Notes: generated from the letters alone by a model not told the origin. DNA of 64,000 bases from Vicinamibacteria bacterium (GCA_963555995.3 OY821641.1:32001-96000); one strand, 5' to 3'; positions 17,550-27,414 are shown, counted from the stretch's first letter. Numbers and translations are program-made.

Positions 17550-20447
17550 CTAGAAGGTCAACCTCGCCGAGAGCCCGATGGTTCGTCCCTTCAGGTAGTC
17601 CACGACCCGGTTGAAGGGACCGGTGTCAAGCAACTGGAAGTTCGTGATCGTATTGGCGTTCAGCGCGTTGAACAGGTCGAGGATCCCCTGAACGCGCATC
17701 CGGTCGCCGAGTTCAAACGACTTGTCCACCCGGAAATCGAGAATGCCGACGTTGTCGGAGCGGTCCTCACTCATGGGCGCCAGCCAGACGTAGGGCTTCA
17801 GGCTGCCGCCGTAGAGGCTCAGCCGGTGCGTCGGCGCGAAGTTGAAGCCGCTGATGAGCCGATAGGTTCCGGCGAGCCCGATGTCCAGAGGAAGCACGTA
17901 GCGCGCCGAGGTCTTGAACTGGTAGGTGCTCGTGTCCTGCACCGTCGGAATGTCCTGGTCGTAGTTGATGAACCAGCCCTGGGCGGTGGGGTCCGCCGAG
18001 AGCGGGTTCCGCGCCGCCCACGACGTGGACGACGTGCCGGGACTCCGCGGCTCGGAACGCCACTGGTAGTCGAAATAGACGTTGTAGAAGAAGTTGTTCC
18101 GGAACCGCTTGTTCAGCGCCAGCGACAGGGTGTGGAAGTCCATGTCGCTTTCGCCGGCCGGGTGGTTCATCGTGATGTTGTCGGTCGCTCCCACCAGGTG
18201 CTCCGGAACCACCAGCAGGTTGAAGTCCCTCCCACAACCCACGTTGGGACACACCTCGTTGGCGGAGCTGACCGAGATCGGGGTGTTCCGGTTGTTCAGG
18301 AGGACCTGATTGAGGCCGCTCGACCAGGTGTTTCGCATGCGCTTGTAGACGTAGGAGACGCGGGTCCCGAGGTCTGCCGTGAGCTCGTGCTCGATCGCGG
18401 CGCTTGCCTCATCCGCGTAGGCAAGGGACCAGTCCGAAGCGATCGGTGTCCCGGCGCCCGCGCCCGCGCTGAACGCGAGGCGTTCCCCGAGTTCGGATGA
18501 ATCGTCGAGCACCCCGTTCATGTTCTGATCGAGGAAGTGGTAGGTGGCGTTGGCCTGTCCGCCGGGGTTCGCGGAGCCGAGTCCGGTGCCGATGTTCGAG
18601 TAGTAGCGCCCCGCGTACGCCTTGAATACCGAAGTGCCTTCGCCCGTGATGTCATAGGTAAAGCCCGCCCGGGGGGCGATGTTCCAGTGCGAGTGCACAT
18701 GGTCGCCCGGGATGGTGGCGCCCGCGCCGAAGACCTCGGTGAGGTACGTGGACTGGTTGGACGGCAGTTCGAACTGGCAGAGCAGCGAGTCGGGGCAGGG
18801 ACTGCCCGGCTTGTTGTCCGATTCCAGGTAGGACAGGATCTGGCTGCCGACCCGGAAGCCGAGCGTCACCGTCAGCCGGTCGTTGACCGTCCAGACGTCC
18901 TGGGCGAAGAAGTCCGCGTGCATGTTGCGGTCGTCGGTCAGGTTCGGGACGCCGACCAGGTAGACGCGGTCCACGTTGTGGGGCCGCCCCTCGTTGACGT
19001 CGTCGAGGTAGCGCACGGCGCCGGAGTTCGAGTTCCAGCCGAAGAGCTGTGAGTCGAGTTGCCAGTCCCAGCCGAACTTGAAGTCGTGGCTACCGGTGCC
19101 GATCGGGACGTAGTAGTTGAACTGACCCGTGCTCTGCGGCTTCCAGCGCTTTGAGGTGAAGGGCTGCCAGCCCGCGCCGGACCGGATGTTGGTCGTGGCC
19201 TCGATCCGCGGCTCATTGCCGCCGGTGGGGTCGCCCTTCGGGGTCATGGGCCAGACCGTGCCCATGTGCCCGACCATGATGTTGCTGTAGAGCCGGTCGC
19301 TCCAGACCCGCTGCCACTCGGCCTTGTGCAGCCAGATCCAGTAGTCCTGGGCGAGCACGGATTCGGCCGGGATGGTGGCCGAGATGGAACGGTTCGGCTT
19401 CCGCTTCCACGACCAGGTCGAGAACCCGATGAACTGGTCGCGCTCGGTGACCTGGTAGTTCAGCTTGGCGGTGAAGATGTCGAAGTCACCGATGTCGGTG
19501 CCGAGTTCGATCGCCTGCCCGGACACCGCGGTATCAATGTAGAAGTTGTTGTAGGCCGCGTAGAACCACGCCTTGTCCCGCACGATGGGACCGCCGAGAT
19601 CGAGGTGGTACTCGTAGAACTTGAGCACCGGCGCCTCGGAAGCCAGGTTGGATTCGAGGTTGCTGTCGAAGTTGTCGGCAATCCAGTCGGCCGGGTTCCA
19701 CGCTCCGCTCTCGAGGCCGGAGAACTCGTTGCCGCCGCTCTTCACGGTGGTCTGGATCTGCGCGCCCGGGGTGGACATCTCCACGTCCGCGCCCTGCGCC
19801 GAGACCTGCATTTCCTCCATCGCGTAGTAGTCGTAGTAGCCCCCGGCGCTGCCGGAACCTTCGGTCGTGTTCACGCCCTCGTAGAGGACCCGGTTCTGGC
19901 TCCGCACGCCGAACGTCTCGTACATGGACTGCTGGCTCTTGTGCGAGCCGCCCACGTCGAACCCCTGCACGCGGACTCCAGGGCTCTGCTGGAGCACCGC
20001 CCACATGTCGGTGGCGGTGGGAACCTCGTCGAGTTGGGTCTTGTCGAAGGTCGCTGCCACGCCGGTGGACTTCACGTCCACCACCGGCGATTCGCCGGTC
20101 ACGGTGACCGTCTCCGCCACGGTGGCGATCTGCATGTCGGCGTCCACCGTGAAGGTGGCGCCGGTCACGACCCGGACGGCTTCGAACACGACGGTCTGGA
20201 AGCCGCTCAGTTCGAACTGGATGTTGTAGTCGCCCGGAGGCAGCGCCTGGAACCGGTAGGAGCCGTCCACGTCGGTGGTGGCGTTCCGGCCTCCGATAAT
20301 GGCCTCACCCGAGAGGGTGACCGACACTCCCGGGAGGGCGAGTCCCTGGGCGTCGCGCGCGGCGCCTTCGAGGCGCCCGTACTGCTGCTGGGCGGCCGCC
20401 GGCACGGCGAACGCGAAAAGCAGAAGAGCAAGAAGAATCTTTCTCAT
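17550..20447 (-). CDS. TonB-dependent receptor (paralog 3)
   Basis: Start MRKILLALLL after an AAGGAGG SD; N-terminal part nearly identical to paralog 2. Confidence 0.92.
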   Translation of the reverse strand: MRKILLALLLFAFAVPAAAQQQYGRLEGAARDAQGLALPGVSVTLSGEAIIGGRNATTDVDGSYRFQALPPGDYNIQFELSGFQTVVFEAVRVVTGATFTVDADMQIATVAETVTVTGESPVVDVKSTGVAATFDKTQLDEVPTATDMWAVLQQSPGVRVQGFDVGGSHKSQQSMYETFGVRSQNRVLYEGVNTTEGSGSAGGYYDYYAMEEMQVSAQGADVEMSTPGAQIQTTVKSGGNEFSGLESGAWNPADWIADNFDSNLESNLASEAPVLKFYEYHLDLGGPIVRDKAWFYAAYNNFYIDTAVSGQAIELGTDIGDFDIFTAKLNYQVTERDQFIGFSTWSWKRKPNRSISATIPAESVLAQDYWIWLHKAEWQRVWSDRLYSNIMVGHMGTVWPMTPKGDPTGGNEPRIEATTNIRSGAGWQPFTSKRWKPQSTGQFNYYVPIGTGSHDFKFGWDWQLDSQLFGWNSNSGAVRYLDDVNEGRPHNVDRVYLVGVPNLTDDRNMHADFFAQDVWTVNDRLTVTLGFRVGSQILSYLESDNKPGSPCPDSLLCQFELPSNQSTYLTEVFGAGATIPGDHVHSHWNIAPRAGFTYDITGEGTSVFKAYAGRYYSNIGTGLGSANPGGQANATYHFLDQNMNGVLDDSSELGERLAFSAGAGAGTPIASDWSLAYADEASAAIEHELTADLGTRVSYVYKRMRNTWSSGLNQVLLNNRNTPISVSSANEVCPNVGCGRDFNLLVVPEHLVGATDNITMNHPAGESDMDFHTLSLALNKRFRNNFFYNVYFDYQWRSEPRSPGTSSTSWAARNPLSADPTAQGWFINYDQDIPTVQDTSTYQFKTSARYVLPLDIGLAGTYRLISGFNFAPTHRLSLYGGSLKPYVWLAPMSEDRSDNVGILDFRVDKSFELGDRMRVQGILDLFNALNANTITNFQLLDTGPFNRVVDYLKGRTIGLSARLTF

Positions 20448-20701
20448 GGTTCCTCCTTCACGGGAAGGGCAAGGGGAGCTTCCGCCGACCGCAAGGCCCC
20501 GCAACATGCAGCGTGGCGGATGGCGTTGCGAATCACAGCGACACGGAAAAACTCAAAGTCGTGAACCGATGATATGGCGCGTTTCCCGCCGAAGTCCAAC
20601 GGCTCCCGCCGCCGATGACGCGACGGCGGCCCGGCTCGTTTCGCCGTCCGGCGGCGTGGCGACGCGTCACCGTCGGGTAGGGAGGATGTAGCCTTGCGGG
20701 A

Positions 20702-21892
20702 GTGACCGACCCGTTGATCGTTCCCGCCCGCGCCATCGGCAGAGCGGAACACTTCGTTGGTCGCCGGAAGGAGTTGGCGACCTTTCGACAACTCCGGCAA
20801 CTGGCGAGCGCACGGGCGGCACCGCAGTTGGTGGTGATCCAGGCGCCGCCCGGGGCGGGGAAATCGGCGCTCCTGCGGGAGGCCGCCACGGCGGCCGAGC
20901 GGGAGCACACCGTCGTGGTCGAGATCCAGCCGGCCATGCTGGACCGTGCGGAGGAGTTGCAGTCCGGCGTGGTGTCCCAACTCTCACTGCGGGATCGGTG
21001 GCGGGAGTTACTGCCGGCGTTGCAACTCGGAGTGTCTTTGGGGGCGGAGGCCTCGGTGTCCGCCGGGGGGCGGCCCCTGCCCGCGATTCGGGCGCTCGTG
21101 GATGGCTTCGCCTCGGTGTCGCGGCGCGCGGGGCCGACCGGCGCCGGGCCTTCCTGTCTGCTGATCCTCGTTGACGAGGCGCAGAAGCTCGCCGACCGCG
21201 ATCCGACCGCGGTGGAACTGCTGCTCGAGCCGCTCCGCAACCGGGAGGGGCTGCGAACGGTGACGATCCTGGCCGGTTTGCCGGACACGATGGACGCGCT
21301 CCGGTCGCCGAGTCTGGCGCGAGCGGACCGCGATCTCGGACTCGGCGTGCTTCGCCGCGAAGAGAGCGTGGAACTGCTCGAACTCTGGCTTCGGGACAAC
21401 GGGTTCCGCGCGGAGAATCCCGCGCGCCTCGATGCGATCGCCGAACACGCCCAGGACTGGCCGGAGCACCTCGTCCACCACATCACCGCCATGGTGGAGG
21501 CGGCGGCGGAACACGGGGGCGTAGTGGACGCGGCCGTGGTCGAGCGAACGAACGCCGCCGCCAACGAACCGATGGAGCGCTACTACGACCGGCGGTTGAG
21601 TGTCCTCGACGAGCGGCCCGCGCGCGACCACGACGCACTGGCCGCTCTGGCGATGGCGGCGGGACGACTCGGTGGCGGCCTCCACCGGCGCACCGTCACG
21701 GAGATCATCGAGGCAATGGGCGCGCGGGACGACCTGGGGCGGGCGCTCAGGCACGCCGGGGTCCTGGTGCCCGACGGTGGCCGCTCGCGCTTCGCGATCC
21801 CTTCGCTACGGCGGTACGTTCTGAAGACGGGCGTTCCGCTGCCCGCCGAGTTGGCTGCCGTCGTCGAACGGATCGTGACGCCCGACGTGTGA
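20702..21892 (+). CDS. AAA-type P-loop ATPase
   Basis: FVGRRKEL; Walker A APPGAGKS; Walker B ILVDEAQ; C-terminal FAIPSLRRYV, like 3994..5130. Confidence 0.82.
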   Translation: MTDPLIVPARAIGRAEHFVGRRKELATFRQLRQLASARAAPQLVVIQAPPGAGKSALLREAATAAEREHTVVVEIQPAMLDRAEELQSGVVSQLSLRDRWRELLPALQLGVSLGAEASVSAGGRPLPAIRALVDGFASVSRRAGPTGAGPSCLLILVDEAQKLADRDPTAVELLLEPLRNREGLRTVTILAGLPDTMDALRSPSLARADRDLGLGVLRREESVELLELWLRDNGFRAENPARLDAIAEHAQDWPEHLVHHITAMVEAAAEHGGVVDAAVVERTNAAANEPMERYYDRRLSVLDERPARDHDALAALAMAAGRLGGGLHRRTVTEIIEAMGARDDLGRALRHAGVLVPDGGRSRFAIPSLRRYVLKTGVPLPAELAAVVERIVTPDV

Positions 21893-22000
21893 GCCGTCGC
21901 CCGTTCGTTCCTTGGCAGCCGGTGGCAGAACCCGCACGGCCTGGTTGCGGTGAGAATCCCGGCCCGCGGGTTGGCCGACGGGCGTGATGATGCCGCCCGC

Positions 22001-22160
22001 TTGGAACGCCGGCTTCAGCCGGCACCCGCTGCGCGAAGCGCAGCGGACGGTACGACGCCACCCCACGCGATGGTGTTCGGCTCCTGGTCCATCACGAGGA
22101 ACAGCGGCACGACATCCGCGGGCCTCCGGCCCGCTGTGCCGGCTGAAGCCGGCGTTCCAA
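22001..22160. repeat. REPIN-like element
   Basis: TTGGAACGCCGGCTTCAGCCGGCAC ... GTGCCGGCTGAAGCCGGCGTTCCAA between convergent genes. Confidence 0.9.
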
Positions 22161-22265
22161 GCCGTTCCGGCATCTCATGACCAGCGGGGCGTGGGGAAGC
22201 GAGCGGTCACGCGCGTCTCTCCCCTCTGGCGGCCTCGGCGCTCATGCGGGTTTCACTACCGGCTC

Positions 22266-23816
22266 TTAACGAAACGGCGGTTCCGGCATCGCCTGGCGCA
22301 GCATTTCCAGGAAGTTGGGGGGTAACTCCACCCCCAGCCGGCGGCCGTCGTGGGCCACCTCCCAGGCGCTCTCGAAATCACCGGTGGAGGCGAGGGTGGC
22401 GGCGAGTCCCAACCGGTAGTCGCCCCGGAACGGTTCCTTGCCGACCGCGATGCGGAAATGGCGGATCGCGTCCGCGAACTGGCGGTTCGCCGCGAGCACC
22501 TGGGCGATCGAATCATGGGTCCCCGCGCGCTCGGGCTCCTGTTCCAGCGCCCGCCGGAACCAACGGAGCGCATCGGCCCTTCTGCCGCCGAGCGCGGCGA
22601 TGCTGCCGAGGCTGGAGAGCGCTCCGGGATGGTTCGGCTGGATCTCGAGGGCGTGGAGGCAGCGCCGCTCCGCTTCGCCGAGGTTTCCGGACTGCGCGAG
22701 CACGATGCTCGAGTTGATGAGCGCCGCGACGTGGTCGGGGTTCTTTCCGAGCGCGGTGGTCCAGGCGGCCAGCGCCTCGTCGTTCCGCCCCTGCCGGGAG
22801 AGGTTGTTGCCGAGGTTGTAGTAGAGGTCGGCGGCGTCCGGGCGCGACTGGATCATTTCCCGGAGCAGGCGTTCCGCCACCTCGGGACGCCCGGCGCCCT
22901 CGGCGGCGAAGGCGCGGCGCTCCTTGCCGATCACGGAAGCCGCCGCATTGTTCACCGCATCTATCAGCGGGTCGCGGATCATGAGGTCGTGGTCGAGGCT
23001 GCGGGCGCGTTCCGCCGCCGCTCTCGCCTTGTCGCCGTCCCCCGTCCGCCGGTACACCCGGGCGAGCGCGGCGGCGATGGCGCCGGACTCGGGGGCGAGC
23101 GCCTCCGCCTGTTCGAGAAGCGGCAGCGCCTCTTCGAGGTTGCCGTCGCCCGCGAGCAGGCGTCCGAGCCGGAAACTCGCGGCCGCGGTGTTGGCCGGCG
23201 CGGAGCGGGTCGTTCCCAGGCGGTCGAGCGCGGCGCGGTAGTGGCCCTTGGCGGCCTCGGCGTCCGCACGGTCCTCGGCGATCTGTCCCGCGAGCAGGTA
23301 GGCGGGAATGTAGGAGGGATTCAGGTCGATCGCTTCGAGCGCCGCGGCTTCGGCCAGTTCGGGGTTCGGGCGCCACAGGGACCGGGCTCTGAGGTAAGGA
23401 AAGCGGTAGTCGTCCGCGGCCAGCGCGCTCGCGGCGGTGTACGCAGTCGCCGCCTCGGAGTGGAGTTCGTGGGCCAGGAAAGCGGCGCCGAGCGCCGCCC
23501 AGCGGTCCGGGGAATCGGGATCGCCGAGGACCCCGGCCCGGGCGCGGCGGATCATTTCGGCGACTTCCGGTTCCATCCGGGAGAGATTCGGTTCCGGAGG
23601 GTCGGGAAGGTCCGGGCCGCCGCCGCGCAGGACGAAGAAGACCGCGATCAGGAGCGCGGCGGCGGCCCCGAGCCAGAGGGACCGGGAGCGTCCCGGAGTG
23701 GGAGCCGCGGCCCTGCCGCTTCTCTCGGACGCACGCGGCGGGCGGCTGCGAGCCGCCGTCCGGTGCCGGTCTGAAGACCGGCGGTCCCTGGCGCGGGGCG
23801 GCCGGGAACGAGCCAT
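22266..23816 (-). CDS. Membrane-anchored TPR protein
   Basis: One TM segment (LWLGAAAALLIAVFFVL) followed by many TPR motifs (e.g. LYYNLGNNLSRQGRNDEA). Confidence 0.85.
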   Translation of the reverse strand: MARSRPPRARDRRSSDRHRTAARSRPPRASERSGRAAAPTPGRSRSLWLGAAAALLIAVFFVLRGGGPDLPDPPEPNLSRMEPEVAEMIRRARAGVLGDPDSPDRWAALGAAFLAHELHSEAATAYTAASALAADDYRFPYLRARSLWRPNPELAEAAALEAIDLNPSYIPAYLLAGQIAEDRADAEAAKGHYRAALDRLGTTRSAPANTAAASFRLGRLLAGDGNLEEALPLLEQAEALAPESGAIAAALARVYRRTGDGDKARAAAERARSLDHDLMIRDPLIDAVNNAAASVIGKERRAFAAEGAGRPEVAERLLREMIQSRPDAADLYYNLGNNLSRQGRNDEALAAWTTALGKNPDHVAALINSSIVLAQSGNLGEAERRCLHALEIQPNHPGALSSLGSIAALGGRRADALRWFRRALEQEPERAGTHDSIAQVLAANRQFADAIRHFRIAVGKEPFRGDYRLGLAATLASTGDFESAWEVAHDGRRLGVELPPNFLEMLRQAMPEPPFR

Positions 23817-23821
23817 GTCCT

Positions 23822-25513
23822 TCAGCGCGATTCGCCGGCGCCGCGGCGCAGGCTGACCGTATCGGCTCCGGTCGCGGGGAAGACTTCACGGGCCCCGTCC
23901 GGCCACACGACCACGAACTCGCTCACCCGGACGCCGGTGGGAACGGCGAAGAAGGCCCGCGGGTCCCCGGTCGCCAGGTAGCTGCCCCCCGGATCGGCGC
24001 GCCGAACCGATTGGCTGCCGCCTTCGAAGACGGCGGTGACCACCGCGGGGAAGGAGGGCCGTCCCTCGCGGTCCAGCGTGCCGACCCGCAGCGGCGACCC
24101 GGCGCGCTCGAAGTCGTTCCGGTAGAGCCGCGCTGGCCCTTCGGCGTTCGCCAGGAGGAGATCCAGGTCACCGTCCTCGTCGTAGTCCGCGAGCGCGAGC
24201 CCGCGGCTCACCTCGATGACGGCGGCGAAGTCTCCGGCGCCGCCAAAATCGCCGAAGAGCGCATCGTTTCCTGCGACGCCGCCGTTCCGGAACACCTGGT
24301 TCGGTTCGCCGAACGCCTTCCAGAAGGAGTCTCCGAGCGCCCCGGGAAGGGCGGGTTTCCGCTGCACCCGGCCGTTCGCGACCACCAGGTCGAGAGCGCC
24401 GTCGAGGTCGAGATCCACGAACCCGGTCCCGAAACCGGTCATCGCCATGCTGGCCGGACCGAGCCCCGACGGGCCGGTGCGGTCGGCGAACGAGAGGCCG
24501 AAGTCGGCGCCGTCGCTGCGGTAGAGCGTGTTGGTCTCGTCCGCCACGTGGGTGATGAAGAGATCGAGATCGAGGTCGTGGTCCACGTCCCCGAGCGCGA
24601 TGCCCATGCCGGCCTCCGGCCGCCCGGCGTCGTTCAGGGCGACGCCCGCCAGGAAGGCGTCGTCGGCGAAACCGTCCCCGCCCTGGTTCAGCCAGAGCTG
24701 GTTCGCCTCGCCGTCGTTCGCCACGTAGAAGTCGAGGCGCCCGTCGCCGTCGAAGTCGTGGCAGACGACGCCCAGCCCCGGCGCGTGCACGGCGCGGAGT
24801 CCGGCCGCGAGCGAGACGTCCTCGAACCGACCGCCGCCGAGGTTCCGGTAGAGGTAGTCGTGGACCCCCGGGAAGACCTGCGGACTGCAGTAGTCGCGGC
24901 TGCCGTCCTGCTGGGTGCAGAACTTCCCCGGATCGTTCCGCACGTAGCGGGCGACGTAGAGGTCGAGGCGCCCGTCGGCGTCGTAGTCGCAAAACGCCGC
25001 CGAGGAAGACCACCCCTCGCCGGCCACGCCGGCGCTGGCGGTCACGTCCTCGAAGCGCCCGTCGCCGAGGTTCCGGTAGAGGAGGTCCGGCCCGTAGTTG
25101 GTGACGAACAGGTCGGTGCGGCCGTCCCCGTCGAAGTCCGCGGTGGCGAGTCCCATGCCGTACCCGGTGTCGGCGGTTCCCGAGGCGGCGCTCGCGTCGG
25201 TGAACGATCCCGAAGGCCCCTGGAGGTAGAGCGCGTTGCCGGGCGCCCCGGGCCTCGGTCCCGCGGGGTCGGTGGGCCGGCCGCCCTGGAGCAGGTAGAT
25301 GTCGAGGTCCCCGTCCCCGTCGGCGTCGAAGAACCCGGCCCCCGCGCCGGTGATCTCGGGCAGCGAGAAGTTGCCCTCGTCGCCCGCGTCGTGGATGAAC
25401 CGGATGCCCGCCTGTTCTGTCACCTCGGTGAATCCCTGGGCGGCAGCAGGAGCCGCGCCGCAGACGGCGACACACAGCGCCGCCGTGAAGTGTTTCCCGG
25501 CGCGGCGGCTCAA
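23822..25513 (-). CDS. CRTAC1/ASPIC-UnbV family FG-GAP repeat protein
   Basis: Repeated DxDGDGxxDL motifs, GYGMG, AGMG, SRGLALADYDEDGDLDL, GGSYL. Start placed at TTG 25513 before a signal peptide (start uncertain). Confidence 0.88.
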   Translation of the reverse strand: MSRRAGKHFTAALCVAVCGAAPAAAQGFTEVTEQAGIRFIHDAGDEGNFSLPEITGAGAGFFDADGDGDLDIYLLQGGRPTDPAGPRPGAPGNALYLQGPSGSFTDASAASGTADTGYGMGLATADFDGDGRTDLFVTNYGPDLLYRNLGDGRFEDVTASAGVAGEGWSSSAAFCDYDADGRLDLYVARYVRNDPGKFCTQQDGSRDYCSPQVFPGVHDYLYRNLGGGRFEDVSLAAGLRAVHAPGLGVVCHDFDGDGRLDFYVANDGEANQLWLNQGGDGFADDAFLAGVALNDAGRPEAGMGIALGDVDHDLDLDLFITHVADETNTLYRSDGADFGLSFADRTGPSGLGPASMAMTGFGTGFVDLDLDGALDLVVANGRVQRKPALPGALGDSFWKAFGEPNQVFRNGGVAGNDALFGDFGGAGDFAAVIEVSRGLALADYDEDGDLDLLLANAEGPARLYRNDFERAGSPLRVGTLDREGRPSFPAVVTAVFEGGSQSVRRADPGGSYLATGDPRAFFAVPTGVRVSEFVVVWPDGAREVFPATGADTVSLRRGAGESR

Positions 25514-25639
25514 AGCCCGTTCAGTATAGGGAGGCGGACCGTGGTTTCGAGGCGGAACCGCACGGCTCGGCCGTCCGTTATGTCGGTTGCGGGGTGAGCC
25601 GCGAGTTCGCGATTCCGAGTTCCCCGCGGGAGGCACCCG

Positions 25640-26482
25640 ATGACGACACGACGGAAGACGGCGATCGTGCTTGCGATGACGGCGCTGGTGGCGCCGGCCG
25701 CGTTTGCCCAACCGGAACCCGGGCGGTGCGAATTCCGTGATGCCCGGGAGTTGAGCGGACCGGCCACCGAGACCCTCGAGGTCGAGAGCGGGGCCGGGGC
25801 CGTCGAGATCGAGGGCGACGCGGAACTTGGGGAGATACGGGTGAGCGCGATCCTCTGCGCTTCCAGCCAGGAGTTGTTCGACGGGCTTGACGTGTCGCTT
25901 GCGAACGGCCGGCTCGCGACCAGGTATCCGACATGGCGCTCGCGCATCTTCAACTTTGGCGGCAACCGTTACGCGAGCATCTCCCTCGCTGTCCTGGTTC
26001 CTGCCGGCACCGCCGTAGAGCTGGAGGACAAGTCCGGATCAGCGGCGATCTCGAACGTGGCCGGGGCCAGGGTGGACGACGGATCGGGAAGCCTGCGCAT
26101 CCGGGGCGTCGAGGGCGACGTGCGCGTCAAGGACGGCTCCGGGAGCCTGACCATCGAGGACGTCACCGGCGACGTGTCCGTGGAGGACGGCTCCGGGAGC
26201 CTCACGATCCGTGACGTCGCGGGCAGCGTCACCCTGGAGGACGGCTCCGGCGGAGCCCGGGTCCGCGGCGTGACCGGGAACGTGGTCGTGACGGACGACG
26301 GTTCGGGCGGCATCGAGATCGAGGAGGTGGGCGGCGAGGTGCGCGTCAGCGACGCCGGCTCCGGCCGTGTTCGGGTGCGTGACGTCGAAGGAGATCTGAC
26401 CGTAACGGGAGTCCGGAGGTCCCGCATTGACTACGACAACGTCCGCGGCGAGGTGGACCTGCCACCGGACCGCTTGCGGTGA
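25640..26482 (+). CDS. Secreted beta-strand repeat protein (DUF4097/adhesin-like)
   Basis: Signal peptide AFA-Q; about 19-aa repeats DGSGSLTIEDVTGDVSVE; GGAGG SD. Confidence 0.85.
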   Translation: MTTRRKTAIVLAMTALVAPAAFAQPEPGRCEFRDARELSGPATETLEVESGAGAVEIEGDAELGEIRVSAILCASSQELFDGLDVSLANGRLATRYPTWRSRIFNFGGNRYASISLAVLVPAGTAVELEDKSGSAAISNVAGARVDDGSGSLRIRGVEGDVRVKDGSGSLTIEDVTGDVSVEDGSGSLTIRDVAGSVTLEDGSGGARVRGVTGNVVVTDDGSGGIEIEEVGGEVRVSDAGSGRVRVRDVEGDLTVTGVRRSRIDYDNVRGEVDLPPDRLR

Positions 26483-26529
26483 GAATCCGGTCCCGCGGGA
26501 CGGCCGAGTGCCGTCACGGCGTCGCCGGC

Positions 26530-26695
26530 TTGGAACGCCGGCTTCAGCCGGCACAGCCCGCCGCAGGCGGGCGGCGGGAAGAACCTCCTTCGCCGTCATG
26601 GCGCAGGGGATCCTTTGCGGGCGCGCCATGGAGGGAGAGCCATGCGCCCCTCCGCTCGCTGAGCGCAGCGGTGCCGGCTGAAGCCGGCGTTCCAA
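26530..26695. repeat. REPIN-like element
   Basis: Same inverted 25-bp arms; interior related to the 55327 copy in reverse orientation. Confidence 0.9.
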
Positions 26696-26747
26696 GCCCT
26701 TTCGCCGTCTTTCCCGCCGGCGCGGTGTGAGAGGTGGGCGCCGCGCC

Positions 26748-27350
26748 CTATCGGCGCAGGGCGTGGCCGCGCACGAGACTCTCCAGATCGTCGAGTTCGT
26801 GGGTGGCCTGACTGGCGCTGCTCCCTGATGCGGTCCGGATCGGAAACAGCAGGCTGAGACTCCCGTCGTCGGCGCGGGAAAGCGGCATCTTTCCCTCCAC
26901 TCCGCCGAGGACCGACGGCAAGCGCCCGCGGGTCCCCCTGAGGAAGACGACGGCCGTTTCCCCCTCCCGGAAGTGCGGCATCTCCGAGACCATCACGGTG
27001 GTCTCCCCGACCGTGCCCCCCGGGATGCGGAAAACGATCCGCCTGCCGGCCTGACCCGACAGCACCCGCTCGACCCGCATCGTCACCCGGGTATAGATGC
27101 GCGAACGATCGTGGTTCCAGGTGGATTCCATCTTCTCGATGGTCCCCGCCACCACCTGGGTGGCCAGTTCGGACATCTTCTGGATCCCGAGCGGCGCGAA
27201 CGGTGAGGGGATGGACTCACGGCGCTGGGCCGCGAGATCCGAAGGAACGAGCAACACGACGACGAGGGCCGCGGCGGTTCCGAGGAGAAGCGCCGCTTCC
27301 GATCGGCGGCGCCACGCGGAGGGGTTCGCGGTCATCGGTGTTTCGCTCAA
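26748..27350 (-). CDS. Secreted hypothetical protein resembling the N-terminal accessory domain of acidobacterial matrixins
   Basis: Signal peptide; VVAGTIEKMES..IYTRVTMRVERVL..IPGGTVG..MPHFREGETAVVFL. Family assignment is from recollection. Confidence 0.6.
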   Translation of the reverse strand: MSETPMTANPSAWRRRSEAALLLGTAAALVVVLLVPSDLAAQRRESIPSPFAPLGIQKMSELATQVVAGTIEKMESTWNHDRSRIYTRVTMRVERVLSGQAGRRIVFRIPGGTVGETTVMVSEMPHFREGETAVVFLRGTRGRLPSVLGGVEGKMPLSRADDGSLSLLFPIRTASGSSASQATHELDDLESLVRGHALRR

Positions 27351-27414
27351 CGAAGGTAGTTTCGCACTCGCAAGGAGATGGCGTCGAAGGACAGCCGCAT
27401 CCGCTTCGCCGAGG

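Noticed and set aside
14398-20447. Diversity-generating retroelement or invertible shufflon acting on the receptor paralogs
   Set aside because: No reverse transcriptase or site-specific recombinase in the window, and no adenine-specific template/variable repeat pair was evident.
477-20564. Long ORFs antisense to the TonB receptors (477..3044, 14677..17526, 19266..20564)
   Set aside because: Shadow ORFs typical of high-GC codon bias; no recognisable motifs.
20448-20700. Riboswitch upstream of the TonB receptors (also 150-590 and 17293-17480)
   Set aside because: I could not recognise cobalamin, TPP or other riboswitch consensus by eye; an Infernal/Rfam scan would be needed to exclude one.
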